Shown piece by piece: positions 15,763-24,641 of a stretch of DNA of 32,000 nt (within the stretch, counting starts at the first letter, position 1; each line of letters opens with the position of its first letter). The stretch is from an uncultured Alphaproteobacteria bacterium (GTDB taxonomy: Bacteria; Pseudomonadota; Alphaproteobacteria; Rs-D84; CACZYB01), in contig CAKQHZ010000001.1 of NCBI GenBank assembly GCA_934246625.1, forward strand, positions 1 to 32,000. Direction: 5' to 3'. The translations under genes and the position numbers were made by a program. The notes under the pieces were generated by a model. That model was not told where the DNA came from. It saw only the letters and a list, made by a program, of their open reading frames with translations, and ran no database searches.

Positions 15763-17022
15763 ATGTTAAACATTTTTAAACACTTTCATAAAAACTATGA
15801 AAAAAATATCAACTTTCATGAACTTTTTTATAATGACTATATCAAAAATTCTTTGAATACTGATAATGTAGATTTAAAAAAATTCAAAAGTAAATCAATT
15901 TTGCAAATTTCAACTTATAATACAATTTGTGGAATTGCTGATTTTGCAAAGGCATTAAAATATGGATTGGATAAATTAAATATAAAAAATGAAATTCACT
16001 CTCTTGATAAAAAATTTATAAACCATAATGACTATAAAATTGATTTATTTTATTACAAGCAAATCCTTAATAATATTCAACAATATGATTATATAATTTT
16101 TCAACACGAATTCAGCTTTTTTGAAACGAATAATACAAAAATTGAAACTTCAATGAAGTTGTTTTATGAAATTTTGCTTTACATAAATAAAAATTATAAA
16201 AACAAAAAAATTCTTATATATCTACATACTCCACCAATGCAAATAAAAAAATTTACAAAATTTTCAAATGATATTTTTAATGATTACTTTTATAAAATTA
16301 AAAACATTCAAAATGTATCATTTATTGTAAATACTCCTGTTATGGCATTAAATTTAGCGCAATTTGGAATAAAATCATTTCTTGGAATTGACCCTGTTAA
16401 AACAAATTTTAATAATGAAAAAATCAATACTAAAATTATTGATGAAATAAAGTCTAAACTTTGTTATAAACAAGGCGATAAAATCATTGCAATGTTGGGA
16501 TTTATCAATGGCATCAAAAGACATAAATTGATGATACAGATGTTAAAAAAACTTCCACCAAATTATAAACTTTTAATTATTGGTGGAACAAATTATACTT
16601 TAAATAAACCTTATAATAATCTTATAAAACTTTCTAAAAAAAGGAATTTACAAAATCGAATTTTTATAACTGGACTATTTGATAATGAAAATTTAAACTC
16701 CTATTTAAGTATGGTTGATTTGATGGTTGCACCATATAAAAATAAATTTAAAAGTGGGTCAGGTTCCATACCTATGTTAATGATTGCAGACAAACCAATT
16801 ATTTCATTTGAAATGAATTTTACTTCACTTTTAAATTTGCAATTTGATTATAATCCGATAATTGAAATTGAATACAATAATACAAATAAGTTTATTGAAA
16901 AAATAATTTCTGTTTGTAATGACAAAGAGTTATATAAATCAGCAATTCAACAAATTACTGGATATAAAACTTTAGCTACTTGTGAAAAATTAGCAAAACT
17001 CGTTTTAAAAAGCCTCAAATAA
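15763..17022 (+). CDS. glycosyltransferase (GT1/GT4-like, GT-B fold)
   Basis: 419 aa with an AGGAGA RBS. The N-terminal motif ILQISTYNTICGIADFAKAL resembles the GT4 donor-domain start. The C-terminal region (LIIGG ... NRIFITG ... DLMVAPY...SGSGSIPMLMIADKPIIS) resembles the GT-B nucleotide-sugar domain. The gene is extremely AT-rich. Confidence 0.55.
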   Translation: MLNIFKHFHKNYEKNINFHELFYNDYIKNSLNTDNVDLKKFKSKSILQISTYNTICGIADFAKALKYGLDKLNIKNEIHSLDKKFINHNDYKIDLFYYKQILNNIQQYDYIIFQHEFSFFETNNTKIETSMKLFYEILLYINKNYKNKKILIYLHTPPMQIKKFTKFSNDIFNDYFYKIKNIQNVSFIVNTPVMALNLAQFGIKSFLGIDPVKTNFNNEKINTKIIDEIKSKLCYKQGDKIIAMLGFINGIKRHKLMIQMLKKLPPNYKLLIIGGTNYTLNKPYNNLIKLSKKRNLQNRIFITGLFDNENLNSYLSMVDLMVAPYKNKFKSGSGSIPMLMIADKPIISFEMNFTSLLNLQFDYNPIIEIEYNNTNKFIEKIISVCNDKELYKSAIQQITGYKTLATCEKLAKLVLKSLK

Positions 17023-17033
17023 TTGAGGCTTTT
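17007..17033. terminator. bidirectional terminator shared by the glycosyltransferase gene and lon
   Basis: 11-bp perfect stem AAAAGCCTCAA / TTGAGGCTTTT with an ATAA loop; the glycosyltransferase TAA stop (17020-17022) spans the loop and first 3'-arm base. T runs follow on both strands. Confidence 0.8.
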
Positions 17034-17036
17034 GGG

Positions 17037-19541
17037 TTATTGAACTATAACTGGTTGTGAGGGTGTTTTTAACACCGTTTCAAAAAGGTTTTCCTCTTGT
17101 AAAGGAGTAAGTGGTTTTGAAAGAGCAACCTTTAAAACTTCCTCGGCTGACTTTACTGGAATAATCTTTAATCCATCTTTTACAACCTGTGGAATTTCCT
17201 CTAAATCCTTTACATTTTCAAATGGAATCATTACTGTTTTTATTCCTCCACGAAGAGCAGCAAGCAATTTTTCCTTTAGTCCACCGATTGGAAGAACTCT
17301 ACCTCTAAGTGTGATTTCTCCAGTCATTGCAACATCTTTTTTAACTGGAATTTCGGTTAATGTTGAAACAATAGATGTCATCATCGCTATACCAGCAGAT
17401 GGTCCGTCCTTTGGTGTTGCACCTTCTGGAACATGAATATGAATATCAATTTTATCCCAAATTTTCGGATTGATACCAAATTGTGTTGAACGGCTTCGGA
17501 CATAGGATTTTGCAGTTTCAATACTTTCCTTCATAACATCACCAAGTTTTCCAGTAAAGACAGCAACACCCTTTCCCATCATAGCAGCAGATTCAATTTG
17601 CAAAAGTTCACCACCGACTTCGGTCCATGCAAGTCCAGTTACAACACCGACAGCATCTTCGGTTTCAGATTTGCCATAATCAAAACGCTTTACACCCAAA
17701 TATTCAGAAAGGTTTTTCGCAGTAATTTTTACCTTTGTTGGTTTTGATTTTTGTTTTTCCGATTTTTCAAGTTTAAATAAATCAGAAGAATTTTCATCAA
17801 CACAATTATCACAAAGTTTGCGAACTGATTTACGCATAAGTTTATCAATATAACGTTCAAGTCCACGAACACCTGATTCCCTTGTATAATATCTTATAAT
17901 ATCGCGGATTGCATCATCAGAAACTGTAAATTCTTCCTTTGATAATCCATTTTTCACAAGTGTTTTTGGAACGATATGTCGTTTTGCAATTTCAACTTTT
18001 TCATCTTCTGTGTATCCAGAAAGTTCAATTATTTCCATTCGGTCAAGTAATGGTTTTGGTATGTCATAGCTGTTGGCTGTGGCAATAAACATTACATTTG
18101 ATAAGTCATAGTCCATATCAAGATAATGATCATTAAAAGTATTATTTTGTTCTGGGTCAAGGACCTCTAACATTGCACTTGCTGGATCGCCACGATTATC
18201 CATACCCATTTTATCGATTTCATCAAGCATTATCAAAGGATTGTTAACTCCTGCACGCTTCATAATAGATAAAATTTTACCACATTGTGAACCGATATAA
18301 GTTCTTCTGTGTCCACGAATTTCTGCTTCATCACGAACACCACCCAAAGATAGTTTTTCAAAGATGCGACCTGTTGCCTTTGCAACGGATTTTCCAAGTG
18401 AAGTTTTACCAACCCCAGGAGGACCCATAAAGCAAAGGATAGTTCCCTTTGAACAACCAACACGTTTTTGAACACTTAAAAATTCCAAAATACGTTCCTT
18501 TACCTTTTCAAGAGCATAGTGTTCATCATTTAATATTTTTTCCGCCAAATCTATATCTGTTTGAAGTTCAGATTTTTTCTTCCATGGCAATTCAAGAATA
18601 CAATCAAGATAATTTCTTATCACGGTTGCTTCTGGAGATTGTGGAGTCATTTTTTTGAGCTTTTTAAGTTCATTTTTTGCCTTTAACAAAGCCTCGTTTG
18701 GTAATCCTGCATTATCAAGTTTTTCTTCCAAAGAAGCAAAATCATCATCGTCTTCACCAAGTTCCTTTTGTATAGCACGAATTTGTTCGTTAAGGTAAAA
18801 TTCCTTTTGATTTTTATCAATGGATTGTTTTACACGATTTCGAATACGTCTGTCGATTTTGATAAACTCAAGCTCGGCTTCAATAATTGAATAAACCTTT
18901 TCAAGTTTGGATTTTATTGTGCTTGCTTCTAAAATATCTTGTTTTTTATCAACTTTGACATTCAAGCTCATTACAACAGTATCGATAAGCAACATTGGAT
19001 TATCAATTTTTGTTAAATCGCCAATGTTTTCAACCATAATTTCCTTATTCAATTTTGCATAACGTGAAAAGGAATTTGCAATAGCCTTTGTCAAGATTTC
19101 AACATCTTGGTTCGCGAAATCCAAATCTTCGTTCACAACTTCAATATTTGCAGTTAAGTATGGTTTTGACATATCAACAGAATTTATTTTAACCTTATCA
19201 GTTGCTTCGATTAAAAGTTTAATTGTATTATCTTGTAATTTTAACATTTGAATAATATTAGCCTTTACACCAATTTCAAACAAATCATTTTGGTTTGGAT
19301 TATTCACATTACCATCACGTTGAGATACAACAACAATCTTTTTATCTCGTTTCATTGCCTCTTCTATTGTAGCAATGGATTTTCCACGTCCTATAAATAT
19401 AGGAACCAACATAGATGGAAAAACAACTATATCACGAAGAGGAAGAAGACAAATATCATTTATTGTATCATTTGTTTGAACTTCAGCTTTTGGTAAAGAA
19501 TTTTCGTCTTTTTCTTTTGATTTTTTTATTTTATCAAACAT
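17037..19541 (-). CDS. lon: ATP-dependent Lon protease
   Basis: 834 aa. It has the LON N-domain (LPLRDIVVFPSMLVPIFIGR), Walker A GPPGVGKTS, and a protease domain with PKDGPSAGIAM (catalytic Ser) and a downstream Lys. Confidence 0.97.
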   Translation of the reverse strand: MFDKIKKSKEKDENSLPKAEVQTNDTINDICLLPLRDIVVFPSMLVPIFIGRGKSIATIEEAMKRDKKIVVVSQRDGNVNNPNQNDLFEIGVKANIIQMLKLQDNTIKLLIEATDKVKINSVDMSKPYLTANIEVVNEDLDFANQDVEILTKAIANSFSRYAKLNKEIMVENIGDLTKIDNPMLLIDTVVMSLNVKVDKKQDILEASTIKSKLEKVYSIIEAELEFIKIDRRIRNRVKQSIDKNQKEFYLNEQIRAIQKELGEDDDDFASLEEKLDNAGLPNEALLKAKNELKKLKKMTPQSPEATVIRNYLDCILELPWKKKSELQTDIDLAEKILNDEHYALEKVKERILEFLSVQKRVGCSKGTILCFMGPPGVGKTSLGKSVAKATGRIFEKLSLGGVRDEAEIRGHRRTYIGSQCGKILSIMKRAGVNNPLIMLDEIDKMGMDNRGDPASAMLEVLDPEQNNTFNDHYLDMDYDLSNVMFIATANSYDIPKPLLDRMEIIELSGYTEDEKVEIAKRHIVPKTLVKNGLSKEEFTVSDDAIRDIIRYYTRESGVRGLERYIDKLMRKSVRKLCDNCVDENSSDLFKLEKSEKQKSKPTKVKITAKNLSEYLGVKRFDYGKSETEDAVGVVTGLAWTEVGGELLQIESAAMMGKGVAVFTGKLGDVMKESIETAKSYVRSRSTQFGINPKIWDKIDIHIHVPEGATPKDGPSAGIAMMTSIVSTLTEIPVKKDVAMTGEITLRGRVLPIGGLKEKLLAALRGGIKTVMIPFENVKDLEEIPQVVKDGLKIIPVKSAEEVLKVALSKPLTPLQEENLFETVLKTPSQPVIVQ

Positions 19542-19610
19542 ATCATTATTCCTTTAGTTAATACTGATTAAAGTAGCAAATAAATTAAATCTAGTCAAGT
19601 ATAAGACTTT

Positions 19611-19639
19611 ATATAAGGATTAAAATCCAAAACTTCAAG
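19611..19639 (-). promoter_or_regulatory. RpoH (sigma32)-type promoter of lon
   Basis: Minus strand reads CTTGAA (19639-19634), 16 nt, CTTATAT (19617-19611), the same hexamers and spacing as dnaK. A sigma70-like TTGACT, 17 nt, TACTTT (19598-19570) lies just downstream. Confidence 0.55.
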
Positions 19640-19648
19640 ATATGAACC

Positions 19649-21763
19649 TTATTCGGCAATGAGCAAAATAAAGGTTCGTGGGTTGATAGTTATTGTATTT
19701 TTAATGATTTCATTATCCTTATTATATTCAGATGTATCAAACATAACTCGCCATTGTTTATATGGAGGTTGGGTTGGTGGAATAATAGATTTGATTTTCT
19801 TTGTATCCGCATTCATTATAACAAAAAAGTTATGGTCTGGGGTTGCATTTCCATTTTTATCAAGATGGAATTTGTCCCCTGCTTCACCAGAAATTTTAAA
19901 AATCAATGTCTTGTTTTTTGGATTATGCCAGTCGTTGGTTATCATTTCGACACCAGCTGGGGTAAGCCATGTAATATCTTTGTTCCTTGTGCCTGGAATC
20001 CTTTGTCCCTTAAAAAACTTTGAACGTCGGAATACAATATGATTTTTTCGAATTTCAATAATTCTTTTTACAAAGTCATATAATTCCTTATTTTTACTCA
20101 ATAATTTCCAATTATACCAGCTTATTTTATTATCTTGGCAATAGGCATTATTGTTGCCGTCTTGGGTTCGTTTCATTTCATCACCACCAAGCATCATAGG
20201 AAGTCCCTGTGAAAGCATAAGAGTTGCAAAGAAATTTTTCATTTGTCTTGTTCTTATAGTATTGATTTTGGCATTAGTAGTTGGTCCTTCTTCGCCATAA
20301 TTATAGCTTTCATTACCATTATCACCATCACGATTTTCTTCCCCATTCGCATCATTATGCTTATAATCATAAGAAACCAAATCGTTCATTGTAAAGCCAT
20401 CATGTGCAGTAATAAAGTTCACTGTGGACCAAGGTCGACGACCATATTTATCAAAAAGTTCGGAGGAACCAGTAAATCTTGTTGCCATATCACCGATTTG
20501 ACCATCATCTCCACGCCAAAAACGGCGGATTGTATCACGATAACGTCCATTCCATTCACTCCAGCCTGGTGGGAAATTTCCAACCTGATATCCGCCAAGT
20601 CCAATATCCCAAGGTTCAGCAATTCGTTTTACCTTTTGCAAAACTGGGTCCTGTGCCATAGCATCATAGAAATCAGATTCACGACTGAAACCATTATCAT
20701 TTCGACCCAAAGATACAGCCAAATCAAAACGGAAACCATCAACTTTCATTTCCGTTGCCCAATAACGAAGCGAATCCATTGTCATTTGCACAACTCGGGA
20801 ATTATCAAAATTAAGTGTATTACCACAACCTGTTGTATCATCATAATATCGTGGATTACCCTTTACTAATCGATAATAATAAGCATTATCAATTCCCTTA
20901 AAAGAAAACATTGGACCAAGATGATTGCCTTCTGGAGTATGATTATATACAACGTCCATAATAATTTCCAAACCTGCAGAATGGTATTTATCAACCATTT
21001 CTTTGAATTCGTTTATATCCTTTGAATAAAGATATGCAGGTTCAGGTGTAAAGAAATTTACTGTATTATATCCCCAATAATTATAAAGGCTTTTTCTTTC
21101 TGGGATTGAGCCCAAGAAAAAACATTGTGATGGAAGAAGCTCTATTGCGGTTATTCCTAAATCCTTAAAATAATTGATTGAATTTTTGTGTGATAAAGCC
21201 TCAAATGTGCCACGAATCCTTTCTGGAATTTTTGGATTTTGTTTTGAAAACCCCTTTACATGCACTTCATAAAAAATGGAATTACTACGTCTGGTTTCTG
21301 GTTTATCATTATTTACCCATTTATAGGTATCATCAACAACTACACACTTTGGCATATATTTTGCACTGTCGCGTTCATCAAAAGATAAATCCTTTTCTGG
21401 ACTGTTAAATTTATATGGGAACAAAGCACTTGACCAAATGATTTTTCCAAACATCGCCTTTGCATACGGGTCAATAAGAAGTTTATTACCATTAAAACGA
21501 TGTCCTTCAAGAGGGGCATATTTACCATAAACACGATAACCGTAAAGTTGTCCTGGTTTTACATCTGGTAAATAGCAATGCCAAACTTCGTCTGTATAAT
21601 CTTGAAGTTCGACTCTGGCGATTTCAGTTTTACCCTTATCATCAAAAAAACATAGTTCAACTTTTTCTGCATTTCTTGAAAATAATGCAAAATTAGTTCC
21701 TCTTCCGTCATAATTCGCACCAAGTGGATATGGGCGACCAGGAAGCATTCGTGGTTTTGTCAT
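19649..21763 (-). CDS. glgX: glycogen debranching enzyme GlgX (GH13_11-type)
   Basis: 704 aa. N-terminus is GRPYPLGANYDGRGTNFALFS. GH13 regions are present: DVVYNHT, GFRFDLA, EPWD and ITAHDGFT. AAGGAGA RBS. Confidence 0.93.
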   Translation of the reverse strand: MTKPRMLPGRPYPLGANYDGRGTNFALFSRNAEKVELCFFDDKGKTEIARVELQDYTDEVWHCYLPDVKPGQLYGYRVYGKYAPLEGHRFNGNKLLIDPYAKAMFGKIIWSSALFPYKFNSPEKDLSFDERDSAKYMPKCVVVDDTYKWVNNDKPETRRSNSIFYEVHVKGFSKQNPKIPERIRGTFEALSHKNSINYFKDLGITAIELLPSQCFFLGSIPERKSLYNYWGYNTVNFFTPEPAYLYSKDINEFKEMVDKYHSAGLEIIMDVVYNHTPEGNHLGPMFSFKGIDNAYYYRLVKGNPRYYDDTTGCGNTLNFDNSRVVQMTMDSLRYWATEMKVDGFRFDLAVSLGRNDNGFSRESDFYDAMAQDPVLQKVKRIAEPWDIGLGGYQVGNFPPGWSEWNGRYRDTIRRFWRGDDGQIGDMATRFTGSSELFDKYGRRPWSTVNFITAHDGFTMNDLVSYDYKHNDANGEENRDGDNGNESYNYGEEGPTTNAKINTIRTRQMKNFFATLMLSQGLPMMLGGDEMKRTQDGNNNAYCQDNKISWYNWKLLSKNKELYDFVKRIIEIRKNHIVFRRSKFFKGQRIPGTRNKDITWLTPAGVEMITNDWHNPKNKTLIFKISGEAGDKFHLDKNGNATPDHNFFVIMNADTKKIKSIIPPTQPPYKQWRVMFDTSEYNKDNEIIKNTITINPRTFILLIAE

Positions 21764-21849
21764 AAAATCTCCTTCTTATTATAACATATATAATAACAAA
21801 ATTTGTCATTTTAGTAAATAGGATTTTAAGGAAAAATTTAATAAAGAAA

Positions 21850-21935
21850 TGGTGGGAAGAACAGGATTCGAACCTATGTAGCCCGAAGGCGACAGATTTA
21901 CAGTCTGTTGCTTTTGACCGCTCAGCCATCTTCCC
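21850..21935 (-). tRNA. tRNA-Tyr (GTA anticodon), type II with long variable arm, CCA encoded
   Basis: The minus strand reads GGGAAGA TG GCTG AGCGGTCAAA AGCA ACAGA CTGTAAA TCTGT CGCCTTCGGGCTAC ATAGG TTCGAAT CCTGT TCTTCCC A CCA. The cloverleaf folds with a 7-bp acceptor stem. Confidence 0.95.
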
Positions 21936-21947
21936 ACGATGGGGTAT

Positions 21948-21975
21948 ATGATACTGATTTTTGCAATAAAGTCAA
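21948..21975 (-). promoter_or_regulatory. candidate sigma70 promoter of tRNA-Tyr
   Basis: Minus strand reads TTGACT, 16 nt, TATCAT, ending 12 nt before the mature tRNA 5' end. Confidence 0.45.
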
Positions 21976-21999
21976 GTTATATTTTATGAAAAATATTTT

Positions 22000-22347
22000 T
22001 TATTTAATTTTAAGACTGCTGTATAAAGAATTTATCTCGGTAGGAGTTAGGTTATGATTTTTCGCATAAATAGATTTATACTTATTATCATCAATTTTTT
22101 CCCAATTTGTCATAGTCCACCATAGCTTATAAGCCTCTGGCAAATGTTTTTCCTTTTGAAGTTTTTCAATCAATGTTTGAGGATATGTAATTCCAAGATA
22201 TGCAGGAAGTCCGTAAATGCCACCAAAAACACATGTTGCCCCAACTACCCATGGAAGTCCGTGAACAGCAAGTCGTGTTCCAGCAATAATTTTATCTTTG
22301 TTATTTGCGGCAAAGCCCAAAAAGTTTTCCAATAAACTCATTTTCAT
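22000..22347 (-). CDS. small hypothetical membrane protein
   Basis: The ORF track gives 123 aa. AGGAAGGA sits immediately before the internal MKMSLLENF, so the start is more likely 22347 or 22341. It has one or two hydrophobic segments (GLPWVVGATCVFGGIYGLPAYLGI). No motif recognised. Confidence 0.5.
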   Translation of the reverse strand: MKMSLLENFLGFAANNKDKIIAGTRLAVHGLPWVVGATCVFGGIYGLPAYLGITYPQTLIEKLQKEKHLPEAYKLWWTMTNWEKIDDNKYKSIYAKNHNLTPTEINSLYSSLKIK

Positions 22348-22470
22348 ATCCTTCCTTTGTAAAATTAACACAAAATTATTTTTTTGTAAATATTTTATTT
22401 TTTAGGGAAATTTGAAATTTTTTGTTTTAAATCAAATTTTATAATGCTATAAATAAAAGAAAAAAATATT

Positions 22471-23049
22471 GTGGTGAAGATGATTGATATAAATGCTATT
22501 AAAAATAAAATTGATAAACCTATTGTAATAGTAGGACTTATGGGTGCGGGAAAAACATCTGTGGGAAAGTTAATTGCAAAAAAACTTTCTTTTCCCTTTA
22601 TTGATTCAGACAGTGAAATTGTAAAGGCTGCGGGCTGTTCCGTTGTTGATATTTTTTCAATTTACGGAGAAAAGGAATTTCGTCGTGTTGAAGACAAGGT
22701 TATAAACAGACTTTTATCCGATAATAAAATACAAATTTTATCAACTGGCGAAGGGGCTTTTATTATTGATAATGTAAGAAAACTTACAAAGGAAAAAGCT
22801 ATTACAATTTGGCTTAAGGCTGATTTGCCTTTGCTTGTCAAAAGGACAAGTTTTAAGGATACACGCCCTCTTCTTTTAAATTATGATTCATCAAAAATTT
22901 TACAAAAACTTATTGATGAAAGGTATCCTATTTATGCAAAGGCTGATATAACAGTTGAAACAAAGGACGAGCCAACTTTTAAAACTGCATCTAATGTATT
23001 AAAGGCTCTTTATAATTACCTAGAAAATATGGAAAAAGAAAATGCTTAA
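22471..23049 (+). CDS. aroK: shikimate kinase
   Basis: Walker A GLMGAGKTSVGKLIAKKL, a DSD motif, and the right size (~190 aa). The start is ambiguous: GTG at 22471 or ATG at 22480. Confidence 0.85.
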   Translation: MVKMIDINAIKNKIDKPIVIVGLMGAGKTSVGKLIAKKLSFPFIDSDSEIVKAAGCSVVDIFSIYGEKEFRRVEDKVINRLLSDNKIQILSTGEGAFIIDNVRKLTKEKAITIWLKADLPLLVKRTSFKDTRPLLLNYDSSKILQKLIDERYPIYAKADITVETKDEPTFKTASNVLKALYNYLENMEKENA

Positions 23050-23551
23050 AATTATTACTTTATTATTATGTATTACTCTTAATGCTTGCGGTTTTAAACC
23101 TATGTATAAAAAAACTGCATATAATGATTTGTCCCAACAAACAAGCAAAATTTCAATCCCTCCTGTTAAGGGATATGATGGAAAATGGGGTGTGGATTTA
23201 AGAAATAGTCTTTTGAACCAACTTACTCCTGATGGCAAACCTGTAAATCCAAAATATTATTTGAATATTACTTTATCTCAACCTGCTATCACTGATTATA
23301 CAATTAAAAATGATGGTATTGCATCATCTTATTTGATTACAATCAATGCAAATTATATGTTGATAAATGCAAATACCAAATCTGTGATTTTAAATAAAAA
23401 TGCAGTTTCACAAATTTCATATAATATTTTAAAGGACCAATTTTCAACTGAAATGTTAAAAAATAATGCAATAAATCTTGCAATAAAAAGTATTGGCGAA
23501 CAAATTTATTTTGCAATAATAACTTACTTTACAGATAAAACAAATGGCTAA
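23042..23551 (+). CDS. lptE: LPS-assembly lipoprotein LptE-like
   Basis: 169 aa with lipobox LNAC (MLKIITLLLCITLNACGFKP). It sits immediately upstream of holA, as in Proteobacteria. It overlaps aroK by 8 nt. Confidence 0.65.
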   Translation: MLKIITLLLCITLNACGFKPMYKKTAYNDLSQQTSKISIPPVKGYDGKWGVDLRNSLLNQLTPDGKPVNPKYYLNITLSQPAITDYTIKNDGIASSYLITINANYMLINANTKSVILNKNAVSQISYNILKDQFSTEMLKNNAINLAIKSIGEQIYFAIITYFTDKTNG

Positions 23552-24578
23552 ATTTAAACTTTCTGATTTCAATAATGCATTAAAGAACAAATTTACCAAT
23601 CTTTCTGGAATACTTTTTTATGGCCCAGACAGAGGGCAAGTTTTGGAAAATTTTAATGCAACATCAGATGCGATTGCTCCTGACAGCGAAGATGGATTTT
23701 CTGTATTCGAATTTAAAGCTGAAGATATAAAAGCGGACCCATCAAAACTTATTGACGAAGCAACAACTATATCTTTTTTATCATCAAGGAAAGTTATAAA
23801 AATCAAAGATGCGACAAATGATATTGCAGATACATTAAAAGACCTTCTTAAAACAAATGAAAAGTTGGAGGCTTTTATAATAATGTCTGCGGACGAATTG
23901 CCCCCATCTTCAAAACTTCGAATCTTATTTGAAACAAATCCAAGATTGGCATCATATCCAAGTTATGTTGATGATGGTGAAAATCTTTCAAACCTTATAA
24001 GACAAACTCTTGTAAAAAATGGTATAAAAAAAATACCAGATGAAGTGTTATTATATCTTCGCGATAATTTTGGCGAAAACCGAGCAACTACAAGAATGGA
24101 ACTTGAAAAACTTTGTCTTTACCTTTATGGCAAAGATTCAATTACCATTGATGATGCAATGAATTGTGTTATGGATTCATCTGTTTTAAATATGGGTGAT
24201 TTACCTTTAGCTGTTGCCGAAGGAAACAATAAAAAACTCTCCTCTATATTACCAAGATTATTAAACGAAGGAGTATATCCTGTTCAGCTTATAAGGACTG
24301 TGTTATATCACTTTAAAAACCTTTATTTTATGGCAGGAGAAGTAGAAAATGGAAATTCAATTTCTATGGTAATTGAAAATGTAAGACCTCAAATATTTTT
24401 CAAATTAAAACCAAGTTATGAAAGACAATTAAAGTTTTGGAACACAACAAAAATTATTAAAATTATTTCAAAATTAAATGAGGCTGAAATTATGTGTAAA
24501 ACATCAAATTCTCCACAAGAAATAATTTTATCACAAGTTCTTTTTTCAATTTGTTCATTTGCAAATAAAAAAATATAA
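23544..24578 (+). CDS. holA: DNA polymerase III delta subunit
   Basis: 344 aa. The N-terminal motif is ILFYGPDRGQV. The call rests on size and the conserved position after lptE. It overlaps lptE by 8 nt. Confidence 0.65.
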   Translation: MAKFKLSDFNNALKNKFTNLSGILFYGPDRGQVLENFNATSDAIAPDSEDGFSVFEFKAEDIKADPSKLIDEATTISFLSSRKVIKIKDATNDIADTLKDLLKTNEKLEAFIIMSADELPPSSKLRILFETNPRLASYPSYVDDGENLSNLIRQTLVKNGIKKIPDEVLLYLRDNFGENRATTRMELEKLCLYLYGKDSITIDDAMNCVMDSSVLNMGDLPLAVAEGNNKKLSSILPRLLNEGVYPVQLIRTVLYHFKNLYFMAGEVENGNSISMVIENVRPQIFFKLKPSYERQLKFWNTTKIIKIISKLNEAEIMCKTSNSPQEIILSQVLFSICSFANKKI

Positions 24579-24641
24579 TTTTATTGAAAAAAATATTTAT
24601 ATAATGCTATATTCTTGTAAATGGGAAAAAAGGAGACTTCT

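Noticed and set aside
19659-21534. Multiple ORFs antisense or out of frame within glgX (including the 208-aa ORF at 20243-20869).
   Set aside because: They lie inside the intact GlgX frame, which has all GH13 regions. They have no RBS and their composition is hydrophobic and Ile-rich, typical of antisense AT-rich DNA.
21708-21929. 73-aa minus-strand ORF (MAERSKATDCKSVAFGLHRFES...).
   Set aside because: It is the translation of the tRNA-Tyr gene and the glgX upstream region. The tRNA cloverleaf explains the sequence.
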